Positions 52,758 through 63,316 of a stretch of DNA of 64,000 bases are shown in pieces. Position 1 is the first letter of the stretch, and each line of letters opens with the position of its first letter. The position numbers and the translations under genes were made by a program. The notes under the pieces were generated by a model. That model had not been told where the DNA came from. It ran no database searches and saw only the letters and a list, made by a program, of their open reading frames with translations. The stretch lies in assembly GCA_965261345.1 (NCBI GenBank), contig OZ253449.1, positions 2,048,001-2,112,000 on the forward strand, written 5' to 3'. Source of the DNA: Chloroflexota bacterium (lineage in GTDB: Bacteria; Chloroflexota; UBA11872; VXNJ01).

Positions 52758-54663
52758 TCAGCGATACGACTGCGCCTGCATTTCAAACAGTCGCGCGTAC
52801 TCTCCGCCGCAGGCGATCAGTTCGGCGTGAGTTCCTTGCTCTAGGACCCGGCCACCTTCGATGACAATGATCCGATCGGCAATCCGCACTGTGGTGAAGC
52901 GATGCGAAATCAGCACTGCCATTCGATCCTTGGTCAGATCGCGGATCTGACGGAAGACCTCGGCTTCCGATTCCACGTCCAGCGCAGCGGTCGGTTCGTC
53001 GAGCACTAGCAACTGGGAATCGCGCATGAATCCGCGCGAGAGGGCAATTTTTTGCCATTCACCGCCGGACAGGTTGGTTCCACCACCGCCGAACCAGCGC
53101 CCCAGCTGGGTCTGATAGCCGTGCTCTAAGTTGGCGATGATCGGATCGGCACCGCCCTGGCTGGCGGCCCGTTCTATCCGCTCCAGGTCGTCGACCCTGG
53201 TGATCTCGCCGAACCCGATGTTGTTGGCGGCAGTTTCCTGGTACGTGCCAAAGTCCTGGAAGATTACCCCGATCTGTGAGCGCAAATCGGCCACGTCATA
53301 TTGCCGAATGTCCTTCCCGTCGAGCAGGATCTGCCCCTCGTCGACGTCATAAAAGCGCGCCAGGAGCTTGATCGTGGTGGTTTTTCCGGCGCCGTTTATC
53401 CCGACGATGGCTACTTTTTCACCGGGTCGGATCGCAAATGAAAGGCCGGTAAGGACCGGCTGAACGGTTCCCGGATATGTAAACGTCACGTTCCTAAATT
53501 CAATTCCTCCGCTTATCGGTCGTGGGACCCGCGCTCCCCCGCTGCGGTTGGGCACAAAAGGGACGAACTCCAAGAAGTCGTAAAAGTTCTTAACGAACAG
53601 GCCGCGTTCGTAGAGCGCGGCAACGCTCCCTAGGGCCAGGGCGGTGGTCTGAACGGTCTGCTGATAAGCCTGAAAAAAGAGGGAGATATCGCCGAGCGGC
53701 AACTGCCCCCGGAAGACCCCGATCGTCACGTAAACGAATACCGCCCCGCCGCCGAGCGCCCCCAGGGCCGAGAGCAGAAATCCGGCGCGATTGGTGCGGA
53801 TCAGCAGGCTTCGGTTTTGCTGATGAAAGCGGTCGAAGGTCTTTCGGTAAATGTTGATCAGGAAACGACCTAGGTCAAAAATCCGCATCTCCTTGATGTA
53901 GCTATCGTTGGTAATGAGCCAGCGGTAGTCCCGCCGGCAGCAGCAGCCGAGTCGGCGTCTCTGACGATCCGCCCCAGGAACCGGCGGCGCTGTTTAGGCC
54001 AACCGGCGAACCAGCGGCGATCGAAAGGTCAGCAGCCGGTAGCGCTCGCGTGAATACATGAGCTTCGACGACCAGCCCAGGACCGGTGGTCGCCAGGACT
54101 ACCGCCACCACCCACCAGGAGAGCGTAAATAGCAGCCCGATCATCATGATCAGGGTGATGGCACTCTGGACCAGGGAGAAGGCCTCGTTTACGATCTGCA
54201 CCGGCCCCTCGCGGGCCTCGCGCTGGGCGTTTTCCAAGCGGTCGTAGAACGCCGGATTTTCAAAGTAGGAAATATCCAGCGACTCGGATTTCGTCAGGAT
54301 CATCAAATTGGTGCGGTTGGAAAAGAGGTCTCCCAGGGTGCCGCGCACGGCGGCGATCGCAGAACGGGCGCCGGATCCAGTCAGCTGGGCCAGGATATTG
54401 AGCAGCAGCATGGTCAGGATCGGTCGCAGTTCGGTGCCGCCTTGGCCGGTTAGGGCAACCCCGACCAGGTCCATGATCTGCTTGAAGGTCCAGACCTGGG
54501 CGGCCGGCACCATGGCGGCCAGGATCGTTAGCCCGCCCAGGAGCAGGGTCAGCGCCGGGCTGGTGTCAAACACCAGCAGCATCACCCTGGCCGCATAGCG
54601 CATCGCCTCGGGAAATCGGGCGACGCGAAACTGGGCCTGCTCGCGGCCGCGCCGCGCCGACAT
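52758..54663 (-). pseudogene. ABC exporter (TMD+NBD) broken by a frameshift (~54062) and a 66-bp insertion
   Basis: GINGAGKTT, LSGGEWQK, LDEPT; TMD split across frames. Confidence 0.85.
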
Positions 54664-54703
54664 CTAGCTCAGGCTGCTCCCCCGCCGGTGCGCGGCGAAC
54701 TGG

Positions 54704-56359
54704 TTAGTTGAGCCGCTCAAGCCCGAACTGCTCTAGGTAGTTAGACATAACCGGGTCGGGCTTGGTCATGACCTCGACGATGAAGGGGTTGCCGGCCGCG
54801 GCGGCGGCCAATCCCCGGGCAAATGCCGGGTCCAATTGCTCGGATCGTTCGATCCGAATTGCCTCCACCCCCAACGCTCGGCCAAGATCGGCGTAGTTGC
54901 CCCCCAACCGATCGGATTGATAGCGCGCCGCCGCGGTCGGCATGTGCTTTACATAACCGGACATGGCACGATTGTTGAGGATGACGGTTAGCACCCCGAT
55001 GTTGTTGCGGGCGGCGGTCTCAAAGTCGGTGCCGGCCATTCCGACCGCGGTATCGCCCATGATGTTGATGACGGTTTTGTGCGGGCATGCCAATTTCGCC
55101 CCGTAGGCCAGGCCCAATCCGTAACCGAGCTGGGTCGACTTGCCCCAACCAATGTAATAACCGCCCGGGCGCGAGCGCCAGAAGGGAGCCGTCTGGTCGC
55201 GCGGAAACCCCGAATCGTGGGTAACGATCGTCTCATCAAGGTCCACTCCGGCCATCAGGCGGGCGATGACGTGGTAGGGTCCCAATGGCTCCGAACTGTC
55301 CGAGATGCGATCCTGCCATTGCGCCTTCCAGCGCTGGAATGCGGCGGCGATTTCCGGTCCGGGATCGACCGTTTTAGGGATTCGGCGCCCGGCTACCTCC
55401 GCTAACAACTGCGAGAGCACCAGGTCAACGTCGCCTAGCACCGCGTGGACCACAGGGTAATCCTTTTGCAGGTCGACCTCGCTATCGATGACTTGCACCA
55501 GGTTGGAATGCAAAGGGAGACTGGCTTGCTGGTTGGCAATCGTAAAACTCGAACCCAGGCCCAGCACTAGGTCGGCGCCGGCCACAAACTGGCAGGCCGG
55601 GAGGGTGTTGGCCTTGCCGAACACGCCCAGCGCCAGGCGGTGGTCCTCGGGGAAGGAACTCTTCCCATTCAGGGTTGTACAAACCGGTATCTGCAGTTTT
55701 TCAGCCAGTTCACGCAGGCGCTCTGCGGCATCCCCGTACAGGACCCCCGACCCGGCGTGGATCACCGGGCGCCGGGCGGCCAGCAGCAGGTCGGCTAATT
55801 TGCTAACGTCCTGCGGGTCACCCATCGAGCGATGGGTGCGAGTTGGCCGGTAGTTTTCGGCTTGGCCGGGAAATTCGGCCGCCCCGACATCCATCGGCAG
55901 TTGCAACAGCACCGGCCCTTTTTTGCCGTTGCGCAGCAGGGTAAAGGCCCGCCGAACTCGCTCCAGGGTCACGTCCGGGGATGCTATGTGCCCGGCCCAT
56001 TTGGTGATCGCACGGTAGTTGGGGACTGCGTCGAACATCGGGGTTACGTCGAGCCGGTTGGAGCGGTACGAGCCGGTCAACACCAGGATCGGAGTCGAGT
56101 CGGCAAACGCCTGGGCCACACCGCCAAAGGCGTTTTCGGCCCCGGGTCCGTACTGGACCGCCACCACCCCGATCTTTTTACCGCGGCTAACGCGGCTGTA
56201 ACCATCGGCCATGTTGATGATGGTTCGTTCGGTTCTTCCGATGATGGGCTTGATTCCGACTTCGGCGCAGGCGTCGATTACGGGGTTATGCGGGAATGCG
56301 AACAGATATTTAACACCCTCGGCTGCCAGTGCCCGGGCGATTGCTTGGTGGCAGTTCAT
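54704..56359 (-). CDS. Thiamine-diphosphate-dependent enzyme (acetolactate-synthase-like)
   Basis: GPGAEN, GWGKSTQLG, GDTA...ILNN. Confidence 0.88.
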   Translation of the reverse strand: MNCHQAIARALAAEGVKYLFAFPHNPVIDACAEVGIKPIIGRTERTIINMADGYSRVSRGKKIGVVAVQYGPGAENAFGGVAQAFADSTPILVLTGSYRSNRLDVTPMFDAVPNYRAITKWAGHIASPDVTLERVRRAFTLLRNGKKGPVLLQLPMDVGAAEFPGQAENYRPTRTHRSMGDPQDVSKLADLLLAARRPVIHAGSGVLYGDAAERLRELAEKLQIPVCTTLNGKSSFPEDHRLALGVFGKANTLPACQFVAGADLVLGLGSSFTIANQQASLPLHSNLVQVIDSEVDLQKDYPVVHAVLGDVDLVLSQLLAEVAGRRIPKTVDPGPEIAAAFQRWKAQWQDRISDSSEPLGPYHVIARLMAGVDLDETIVTHDSGFPRDQTAPFWRSRPGGYYIGWGKSTQLGYGLGLAYGAKLACPHKTVINIMGDTAVGMAGTDFETAARNNIGVLTVILNNRAMSGYVKHMPTAAARYQSDRLGGNYADLGRALGVEAIRIERSEQLDPAFARGLAAAAAGNPFIVEVMTKPDPVMSNYLEQFGLERLN

Positions 56360-56500
56360 TTGTGATCGGGTCCTTGGCGCGGGTGCGTGCCCTTGGCCGC
56401 CGACGGCCAATGGCACTAGCGATTTTGACAGGACAGGTGGGCCGGCCCCTCCGGTGGCTCCTAGAATCGCCGCGCCGGATCCCGCACCACCGAGGCCTCG

Positions 56501-57784
56501 ATGACGATGCGACTGAAAATTTCCCCAAACCGCCGGTTCATCGTTACCGAAGGCGGATCGGCGTTTTTTTACCTGGGTGATACCGCCTGGCGCCTGCTCT
56601 ACCGGCTCGATCGTGGGCAGGTCGACCACTATCTCCAGGATCGCGCCGATAAGGGATTCAACGCGATCCAGATGGTGGTGTTTGACATTCGCTTCCAACC
56701 GAATCGGTCCGGCCATTCTCCGTACCAAGGCAATGACCCCACCCAACCCAACGAGGAGTTTTTCGCCCATCTGGACTGGGTCGTTGAAAGTTGCGAGCAG
56801 TTGGGAATGTTTGCCGTGATATTGCCCAACTGGGGCTACATCGTTACCGCCCGCTCACCCGGTGGCGAGCACTTCCTGGACTCGCCGCTGGTCGATATTT
56901 CCAATGCCTTCGCCCAGGGGCAGTATCTGGGCGGGCGCTACGCCGGACGCCAGGTGATCTGGATGCTTGGCGGCGATCAGCCTGAACACGGCAAGGCGGC
57001 CGTTTTTGCCGCCCAGGCCGCCGGGATCGCTGCCGGCGACGGAGGAGTCGGATTGATCACTTATCACCCACGCGGCCACCTCTCTTCCTCAGAATCTTTT
57101 CACGATGCCGCCTGGTGTGATTTCAATTCGATCCAGTCAGGACACGTGCTCGATAACCCCAACTGGCAGATGGTCGAGCACGACTACCAACTGACCCCGC
57201 CCAAGCCGGTAATCGACTCCGAGCCGATGTATGAGAACATGCCGCAGTATTTGCGTGACTTTGGTCCGCGGGCTGGAGCGTGGCACGTGCGCAAACAGGC
57301 CTACTGGGCGGTTTTTGCCGGGGCTTTTGGGCACACCTACGGCTGCAACGACGTTTTCATGTACTGGCAGCCGGGCGGTCAGAGTCCGACGTTTGGCGCC
57401 AATCTGCCCTGGGAGATTGCCCTGCAGTTGCCCGGATCACACCAGATGCGGTTTCTCCGGCGACTAATCGAGTCGATTCCCTACCTCTCGCGCGTACCCG
57501 ATAACGATCTGCTGGTAAGGGTCGATCGCATCGCCGATGCGGGCCATGTGTGCGCCACCAGCGCCGCCGCCCGCAGCCATGCGCTCGTCTATTCATCGCA
57601 CGGCTACGGCTTTACGGTGGACATGGGCGCGCTGGGCGGCGGGCAAATAGCCTGCAACTGGTTCGATCCGCGTTCGGGCGGCGAGACTGAGGTGTTTTGC
57701 CGGCCCGGCCGCGATTACCATAGTTTTCAGCCGCCCAAAACCGGCGAAGGATATGACTGGGTGTTAAGGCTCCAGGCAGTCTAG
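56501..57784 (+). CDS. DUF4038/GH140 (apiosidase-like) glycoside hydrolase
   Basis: FFYLGDTAW, WMLGGD, TYHP, QSGH, EPMYE, GHTYG, WFDPR. Confidence 0.87.
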   Translation: MTMRLKISPNRRFIVTEGGSAFFYLGDTAWRLLYRLDRGQVDHYLQDRADKGFNAIQMVVFDIRFQPNRSGHSPYQGNDPTQPNEEFFAHLDWVVESCEQLGMFAVILPNWGYIVTARSPGGEHFLDSPLVDISNAFAQGQYLGGRYAGRQVIWMLGGDQPEHGKAAVFAAQAAGIAAGDGGVGLITYHPRGHLSSSESFHDAAWCDFNSIQSGHVLDNPNWQMVEHDYQLTPPKPVIDSEPMYENMPQYLRDFGPRAGAWHVRKQAYWAVFAGAFGHTYGCNDVFMYWQPGGQSPTFGANLPWEIALQLPGSHQMRFLRRLIESIPYLSRVPDNDLLVRVDRIADAGHVCATSAAARSHALVYSSHGYGFTVDMGALGGGQIACNWFDPRSGGETEVFCRPGRDYHSFQPPKTGEGYDWVLRLQAV

Positions 57785-58872
57785 TTGGGTGGCGCTTGGC
57801 GCACCACCAGGTCGCCCGAGCGGACGTGCAAGTCGCGCTGCGGGAAGGGGATCTCGATCCCTGCTGCGTTGAATGTTTCATACCAGGTGCCCAGTAGATC
57901 AGTAACCGTGGTCAACCGCTTGCTCGGAGAATCGACCCAGGCAAAGACTCGAAAATTGAGCGACGATTCGCCGAATTCGGAAAAGAAAACCCTAGGTCCC
58001 GGATCGGCCATTACGTCGGGGTGCGCACCGACGGTCGTAGCTAGGATTTCCATTACCTGCGCCGGGTCTGAGCCATAGGCTACGCTTACCGTCGTATCGA
58101 TCCGGACCTGGGTGTTGGACAGGGTCCAGTTGTCGAGCTGGCTGGTAATCAGTTCCGAGTTGGGCATGATCACCTCGCTGCCTGAGAACTTGCGGATAAC
58201 AGTTGAGCGTAGCCCGATTGACTGGACAACTCCGGTCACACCGGAAATGCCGACGATATCACCGTCTTTGACCGGCCGCTCGATTAGTAGGATCACACCC
58301 GAAGCCAGGTTTTCAGCTATCCGTTGCATGCCGAATCCGATGCCCAACCCAATCGCCGAGAGCGGGAAAAGGATCACGTTCAGGTCAAATCCCAGGGTCG
58401 ATAAAGCAATGTAGAAACCGGCAAAAATTACCATTGAGCGGATCAGATTCACCAACAGCGATCCGACCGTGGTCGAGACCTCGAAGAGCGCTCCCGTCCA
58501 CTGCCGGACCAGCTCGGCGGCTAACTTGGCCAGCGACCAAGTGAGCCGGAAGATGATCGCAGTGCTCAGCAACCCGCCGACGGTTATATCGGCGCCTTCG
58601 ATGCTGCCGAAATAAACCGCGTTGAGGCCGATCGTCGCAAACGCCAGATAAAGCCCTGCAAGCACCACGACAACCCTAACCGTGTTCAGAACCGCCCGGT
58701 CCAATCCCTGTGAGAGGTCGTAGCGGGCGTGCAGCCAGGCGTAGGCAACCTTGGAGAGAATCCATGCCAGCAGCGGGGCACCGACAAGATAGACGAGCGT
58801 GAGCGTGAGGCGACCGGCGCTGAGGGTGTAGTCGCCGACCGCAAAAAGCTCCAGGTTCCAGTAGTCGGTCAT
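57781..58872 (-). CDS. Mechanosensitive channel, MscS family
   Basis: GIGFGMQ, IGLRST, IEIPFPQRD. Confidence 0.92.
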   Translation of the reverse strand: MTDYWNLELFAVGDYTLSAGRLTLTLVYLVGAPLLAWILSKVAYAWLHARYDLSQGLDRAVLNTVRVVVVLAGLYLAFATIGLNAVYFGSIEGADITVGGLLSTAIIFRLTWSLAKLAAELVRQWTGALFEVSTTVGSLLVNLIRSMVIFAGFYIALSTLGFDLNVILFPLSAIGLGIGFGMQRIAENLASGVILLIERPVKDGDIVGISGVTGVVQSIGLRSTVIRKFSGSEVIMPNSELITSQLDNWTLSNTQVRIDTTVSVAYGSDPAQVMEILATTVGAHPDVMADPGPRVFFSEFGESSLNFRVFAWVDSPSKRLTTVTDLLGTWYETFNAAGIEIPFPQRDLHVRSGDLVVRQAPPN

Positions 58873-59030
58873 TTGCGCTCCCGCGGGCGGAGCCGCTTCA
58901 GGGCCCCAGATGGTTGCGCGATTCTAGGGACGCCGGGCCGAGCGCCGCTTGGCATTTAAGGCCAAACTAAATGGCTATGGACGAACCGCCCGCGGGCACA
59001 CAAGCGGCGTATTAAGGCAACTGGTGGCCG

Positions 59031-59792
59031 ATGAATGATGGAAATTTCGTAAAGCGCAAGGTCGAAGCCGGACAGGTTTCGGTCGGGGCTTTCCTGAACC
59101 TGGCCGCGCCGATGGCCGGCGAAGCCTGCATCGCTGCCGGCTACGAATGGGCGGTCGTCGATGCCGAACACGGCGCCTGGGACTTGAGCTCGACGACGGC
59201 CACCTTCACCGCGATCGAAGCTCGCGGCGGGATACCGATGGCCCGCGTCTGGGACCACGCCAAGGAGACGATCGCCCGAATACTGGATGCCGGATCGCTG
59301 GGCATCGTGCTGCCGCACGTCGCCACGGTGGAGCAGGCCGAAGCGCTGGTCGACGCCTGCCGTTACCCGCCACTCGGACACCGCTCGGTCGGATCGTCAC
59401 GGGCAACCCTGATGAATGATTCCTACCGGGGGCGTTGGGCCAATGACAACATCATGGTGATCCCGCAGATTGAAGACCCTCTTGGGGTGGCCAACGCCGC
59501 CGCCATCGCGAAGGTTGAGGGAATTGATTGCATGTTCATCGGTCCCAACGACCTGGCCCTGGAAATGGGGCTGGCCAGCGATCAGGCATTCGTCCACCCG
59601 GACCACCTGGCCGCACTCACGACGATTCTGGAAGCGGCCCGGTCGGCCGGCAAGCCGGCCGGAATTTCGGTGCGCGACGCCAAAACCGCCAACCCGTTCA
59701 TCGAGCAGGGCTTCACCTTTATCAATATGGGAAACGACTTTCGCCTGCTGCAGGCGGCCTGCGCTCGCGAACTGGCTGCGCTACGGACCTGA
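59031..59792 (+). CDS. HpcH/HpaI aldolase family
   Basis: DAEHG, RYPP.G.R, QIE, FIGPNDL. Confidence 0.9.
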   Translation: MNDGNFVKRKVEAGQVSVGAFLNLAAPMAGEACIAAGYEWAVVDAEHGAWDLSSTTATFTAIEARGGIPMARVWDHAKETIARILDAGSLGIVLPHVATVEQAEALVDACRYPPLGHRSVGSSRATLMNDSYRGRWANDNIMVIPQIEDPLGVANAAAIAKVEGIDCMFIGPNDLALEMGLASDQAFVHPDHLAALTTILEAARSAGKPAGISVRDAKTANPFIEQGFTFINMGNDFRLLQAACARELAALRT

Positions 59793-60698
59793 ATGAGGCC
59801 CGCGCTCGGCCGGCGCCAGCTTGATCACCGGGTTTCTAAGGGTTCCAATTACCGGGTGTGAAATCTCGACCGTATCGCCGTCGGCCACCGCGCTGTCTTC
59901 TTCTACGATGATGCCGGTGCCGGTGGTCAGTATCGCCCCGGCGTGCAGCGGATTGTTGCGGGTCAAATAGGCGGTCAAGTCGGAAAATTTTCGGCGGATC
60001 TGATCCAACCGGACCTCCCCTGCAAATATCTCGTTGCCGCCCCGAAGGATTCGCGCCCGCAATGTACCTTCGCGCGGGTCGCCCATATCGTCCGGGGTAA
60101 CCAGCACCGGACCGATCGCGATGCAACCGTAGAAGACCTTCGACTGGGGCAGATACAGTGGGTTGGCCCGCTCAATGTCCCAGGCCGAGTTGTCGTTGCA
60201 GAGGGTGTAGGCCAAAATTTGGCCGTCCGATCCCAACACTAGCGCCAACTCCGGCTCGGGCGCGGTAAATTCTGAATCCGACCGCACGGTGACCGGTTCG
60301 CCGTGGCCGACCGCGTGCCGGTAGTCGCCTTTGTAGAAGAGTTCGGGCCGATCGGCCAGGTAAACCTCGTCGTAGATTCCGGTCGGTGCCTCCATGTCGG
60401 CGTCGCGAAATTCGGCGCTCCGGGCATAGGTAACGCCCGCGCCCCAGGCCTCGGGAATTCGTAGTGGAACGCTTAGGCGCAACTGCCGGTCCGTTCCAGG
60501 GTCGAGCAGATCGTTCAGGCTGGGCCCGGGTTTGGCGCCGGCCGAGCCCGCCACCGATTGCAGGTTCTGGCCAGCAGCATCGGCCTGCACCACCAGGTCG
60601 AGCAGGTTGCCCACCGCGGTGAAGGTTTCGACCCGGTCGCCCAGCACCCGGCCACAGCGCGGGCGGCCGTCAGCGTCGATATAAGAAAGTAATTTCAT
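59781..60698 (-). CDS. Fumarylacetoacetate hydrolase family (2-keto-3-deoxypentonate dehydratase-like)
   Basis: WGAGVTY, RPELFYK, PEPEL, NPLYLPQSK, TGTG. Confidence 0.88.
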   Translation of the reverse strand: MKLLSYIDADGRPRCGRVLGDRVETFTAVGNLLDLVVQADAAGQNLQSVAGSAGAKPGPSLNDLLDPGTDRQLRLSVPLRIPEAWGAGVTYARSAEFRDADMEAPTGIYDEVYLADRPELFYKGDYRHAVGHGEPVTVRSDSEFTAPEPELALVLGSDGQILAYTLCNDNSAWDIERANPLYLPQSKVFYGCIAIGPVLVTPDDMGDPREGTLRARILRGGNEIFAGEVRLDQIRRKFSDLTAYLTRNNPLHAGAILTTGTGIIVEEDSAVADGDTVEISHPVIGTLRNPVIKLAPAERGPHSGP

Positions 60699-60713
60699 GG
60701 TTGCCGATGTCTC

Positions 60714-61532
60714 CTAATTGGTCGTTACAAATATTCGAAGCGACTGCGATCGGGTGCCGAACATGCGTGCCGCCGATCCGGTCGGGATGGCCAGCTCCAG
60801 ATGGCCGGAGCTACCGATCAGGGATACCAGATGATCGTATTTGGTATAGGCGTGGGCCAGGTTACCAAGTTCGAGGCGCCGCACCCCGTCATGGACTGCG
60901 ACCCTGGTGCGGGCCGGGTCCTTTATCTGGTCGGTGCGGATGTTTGTAATCAGATTGCCAAAGTGATCCTGGTGGATGACCCTGCCCTCGATCTCGCCAT
61001 CGCTTCGTCGGGTGGCGGGGAGCTGCAGGCGTACCGGGTTGGGCAACGGGCTGGCGATGTCGGCCAGCAGCGCGGCGAGGTCGTCCGGCTCGGTCACGGC
61101 CAGGTGGGCGGCTGCCGGGGCAAATATGTCGCGCCCCTCGAACGTGGGCGCCACGTCATTGCGCCAGTAGGACGGGTTGTCGAGCTCGTAAAAATCGGCG
61201 CGTTCGCCCGATGCCGCCAAGTCGGCGGCGAGCGGCCAGAGGATTCCGTTGTCGGGACCCACCAGGAACAGGTCGGTGGTAACCAGCAGCGCCCGCGCCC
61301 GGGCGCTGCCCACCCCGGGGTCGACCACCGCAATCACCACTGCACCGGAGGGCAGGGCGCCGACGGCGGTACCGAGCATGAAGGCACCGTGGGTTACGTC
61401 GTGGGGCCGGACCGAATGCGAGATGTCGATGACCGGACTGTCCGGTGCCATCCCGGCGATGATCGATTTGAGCTGACCCACGTAGCTGTCGGTCGATCCG
61501 AAATCGCTAAGCAGGGCGATCGGGCGGCTCAT
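60714..61532 (-). CDS. DUF62 SAM hydrolase / halogenase family protein
   Basis: SDFG, VVDPGVG, PDNG, TF.GRD, DHFGNLITN. Confidence 0.9.
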   Translation of the reverse strand: MSRPIALLSDFGSTDSYVGQLKSIIAGMAPDSPVIDISHSVRPHDVTHGAFMLGTAVGALPSGAVVIAVVDPGVGSARARALLVTTDLFLVGPDNGILWPLAADLAASGERADFYELDNPSYWRNDVAPTFEGRDIFAPAAAHLAVTEPDDLAALLADIASPLPNPVRLQLPATRRSDGEIEGRVIHQDHFGNLITNIRTDQIKDPARTRVAVHDGVRRLELGNLAHAYTKYDHLVSLIGSSGHLELAIPTGSAARMFGTRSQSLRIFVTTN

Positions 61533-62533
61533 GCTGGACCGCCCAGATCGGCGACAGCCGCGATCCCGTAGTCGCTTTGGGCCGAACGCACCCCGTGGCG
61601 TATGGCTGCGGCCAGGGCATCGGCGGCCAGGCTGCCCGCCAGATCGACCGGGGCCGCGATCGCGGCCCCCAGGCCGGCGGCGGCAAAGACTGTATCACCG
61701 TCGCGGATGGTGTGGGCGGGGCGCACTGCGCGGGCCAGGCCGTCATGGGCCATCTGCGCGACCTTGGTGGCTCCCAGCTTGTCAAGATCGGCATTGCACA
61801 GGATGACGGCGACGATGGTGTTGCCGGGGAAGCGGTCCAGCAGCGCATAGGCTGCTTCGGGTTCGGCCACCGCCCCATTCTTGATAAGTCCGGCAAACGG
61901 GCGGCCGTGCTCGTCAAGCACCGTCCCGACCGGATTTACCGCGGCGATGGCGCCGACCTTGAGCCGACCGCGGCTGGCCAGGGCGGCGCCCAGGCCGGAT
62001 TTGACGCCCGCCCGCCCCGGCCCGGCGGTTACCCCGGTGCCGGCGCCGACGTTGCCGCAGGCGAAGAATTCGCTTGACGCCCGCTCCAAGGCGGCGGCGC
62101 CGTCATGCGGTTGGGGCCAGGCTGATTTCCCGGTGGTCAGGTCAAAAACGACCGCGGCCGGGACGATTGGGACCGGTCCGCCCGGGGTCGGGAAACCCCG
62201 GTTCCGGGCGCGCAAAGCCTCGGCCACGCCCGAGGCCGCGCCCAGGCCCAACGCGCTCCCGCCGCAGAGCACGATCGCGTCGATTTGGCTTATGTGCCGT
62301 TGCGGGTCGAGCAGGGCAACTTCACGCGTGCCGGGGGCCGAACCTCGAATGTCCACGCCAACCACCACCGCCGGGTCAAAGGCAATGACCGTGCATCCGG
62401 TCCCGGCCGCGGCGTCGGTGTGGTGCCCGACAACGACGCCCCCGACCTCCAGGACCGCCGCGCCGCCGGTCCTGATTCCGGGCGGGCGATCAGACGGCCC
62501 GATCGCGGGCCTGGCCGATTTGCGCGTCGACAT
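61529..62533 (-). CDS. P1/S58 (DmpA-like) peptidase
   Basis: RGSAPGTRE, GGSA.GL, GAGTG, HTIRDGD; start uncertain. Confidence 0.85.
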   Translation of the reverse strand: MSTRKSARPAIGPSDRPPGIRTGGAAVLEVGGVVVGHHTDAAAGTGCTVIAFDPAVVVGVDIRGSAPGTREVALLDPQRHISQIDAIVLCGGSALGLGAASGVAEALRARNRGFPTPGGPVPIVPAAVVFDLTTGKSAWPQPHDGAAALERASSEFFACGNVGAGTGVTAGPGRAGVKSGLGAALASRGRLKVGAIAAVNPVGTVLDEHGRPFAGLIKNGAVAEPEAAYALLDRFPGNTIVAVILCNADLDKLGATKVAQMAHDGLARAVRPAHTIRDGDTVFAAAGLGAAIAAPVDLAGSLAADALAAAIRHGVRSAQSDYGIAAVADLGGPA

Positions 62534-63191
62534 ATTCGCGTAGGGCGATTTCGGCATCGACTCCCTGCCGATCTGCCTGTTGGACCAGTTCGTATAGGTG
62601 TTCGGCCAATTCCGACCGGTTTGCGCGGCGATTGGGCGCGTCGCCTGGCTCCGGACCGCCGCTTGTCCGGGCGATGTGTTCGCGGGCATATTTGAGGGCC
62701 GGTAGGTAACCGGGGATAGGCGAGTCTTCGGCGGTACCCGTGGCCGATTTTTCGGCCGCCTTGACTTGTTGCCAGATCCGCACCGCATCGGCGGGGGTCT
62801 GTGCCCGCTGGTTGCCGAATACGTGCGGATGCCGCCGGATCAGCTTGGCGTTTAGGGTTTTGAGAATTTGGCCAAGGTCAAATACCTTGGATTCGCTCGC
62901 GATCTGGGCTTGCATTAAGACCAGCAACAGCAGATCTCCCAGCTCTTCGGGCAGGCCGTCGACATCGGGTCGCAGGGTTGCGGCGGCGACTTCGTAGGCC
63001 TCCTCGACAAAATGCTCGCCCATGTCGGCCAATTCCAGGGCCCGGTCCCAGGGGCAACCCGAGTCTGATCGCAGCACCGCGACCAGCTCCAGGGTCCGGG
63101 CCAGCAATTCGCGCTCAGGCATGTATTTCTGCGCCGGCCGATCGGCCGGCGGTTGGGGTGAATTGGCCAGGGAAGGTGCCGGTGTGGTCAT
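62490..63191 (-). CDS. mazG: MazG-family NTP pyrophosphohydrolase
   Basis: GCPWD, EEAYE, EELGD, RRHPHVF. Confidence 0.88.
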   Translation of the reverse strand: MTTPAPSLANSPQPPADRPAQKYMPERELLARTLELVAVLRSDSGCPWDRALELADMGEHFVEEAYEVAAATLRPDVDGLPEELGDLLLLVLMQAQIASESKVFDLGQILKTLNAKLIRRHPHVFGNQRAQTPADAVRIWQQVKAAEKSATGTAEDSPIPGYLPALKYAREHIARTSGGPEPGDAPNRRANRSELAEHLYELVQQADRQGVDAEIALREYVDAQIGQARDRAV

Positions 63192-63316
63192 TTGAGATTT
63201 GGCGCCGCAGATTTTGCAGTGTGAAGCCGACTGGATCCGATGTAACCCATTTTCGTATGCGAGCTACCGCCGTTTTCTTGCGCGCGTTGGGAGGTCCCGT
63301 CATAAAATCGCGCCGC

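Noticed and set aside
56360-56770. Extended N-terminus of the TPP enzyme
   Set aside because: Overlaps the divergent GH140-like gene; family similarity begins at MNCHQAI (56359).
52005-63191. CPBP (Abi) and MazG as phage defence
   Set aside because: Both look like housekeeping forms, lie 10 kb apart and have no defence partners.
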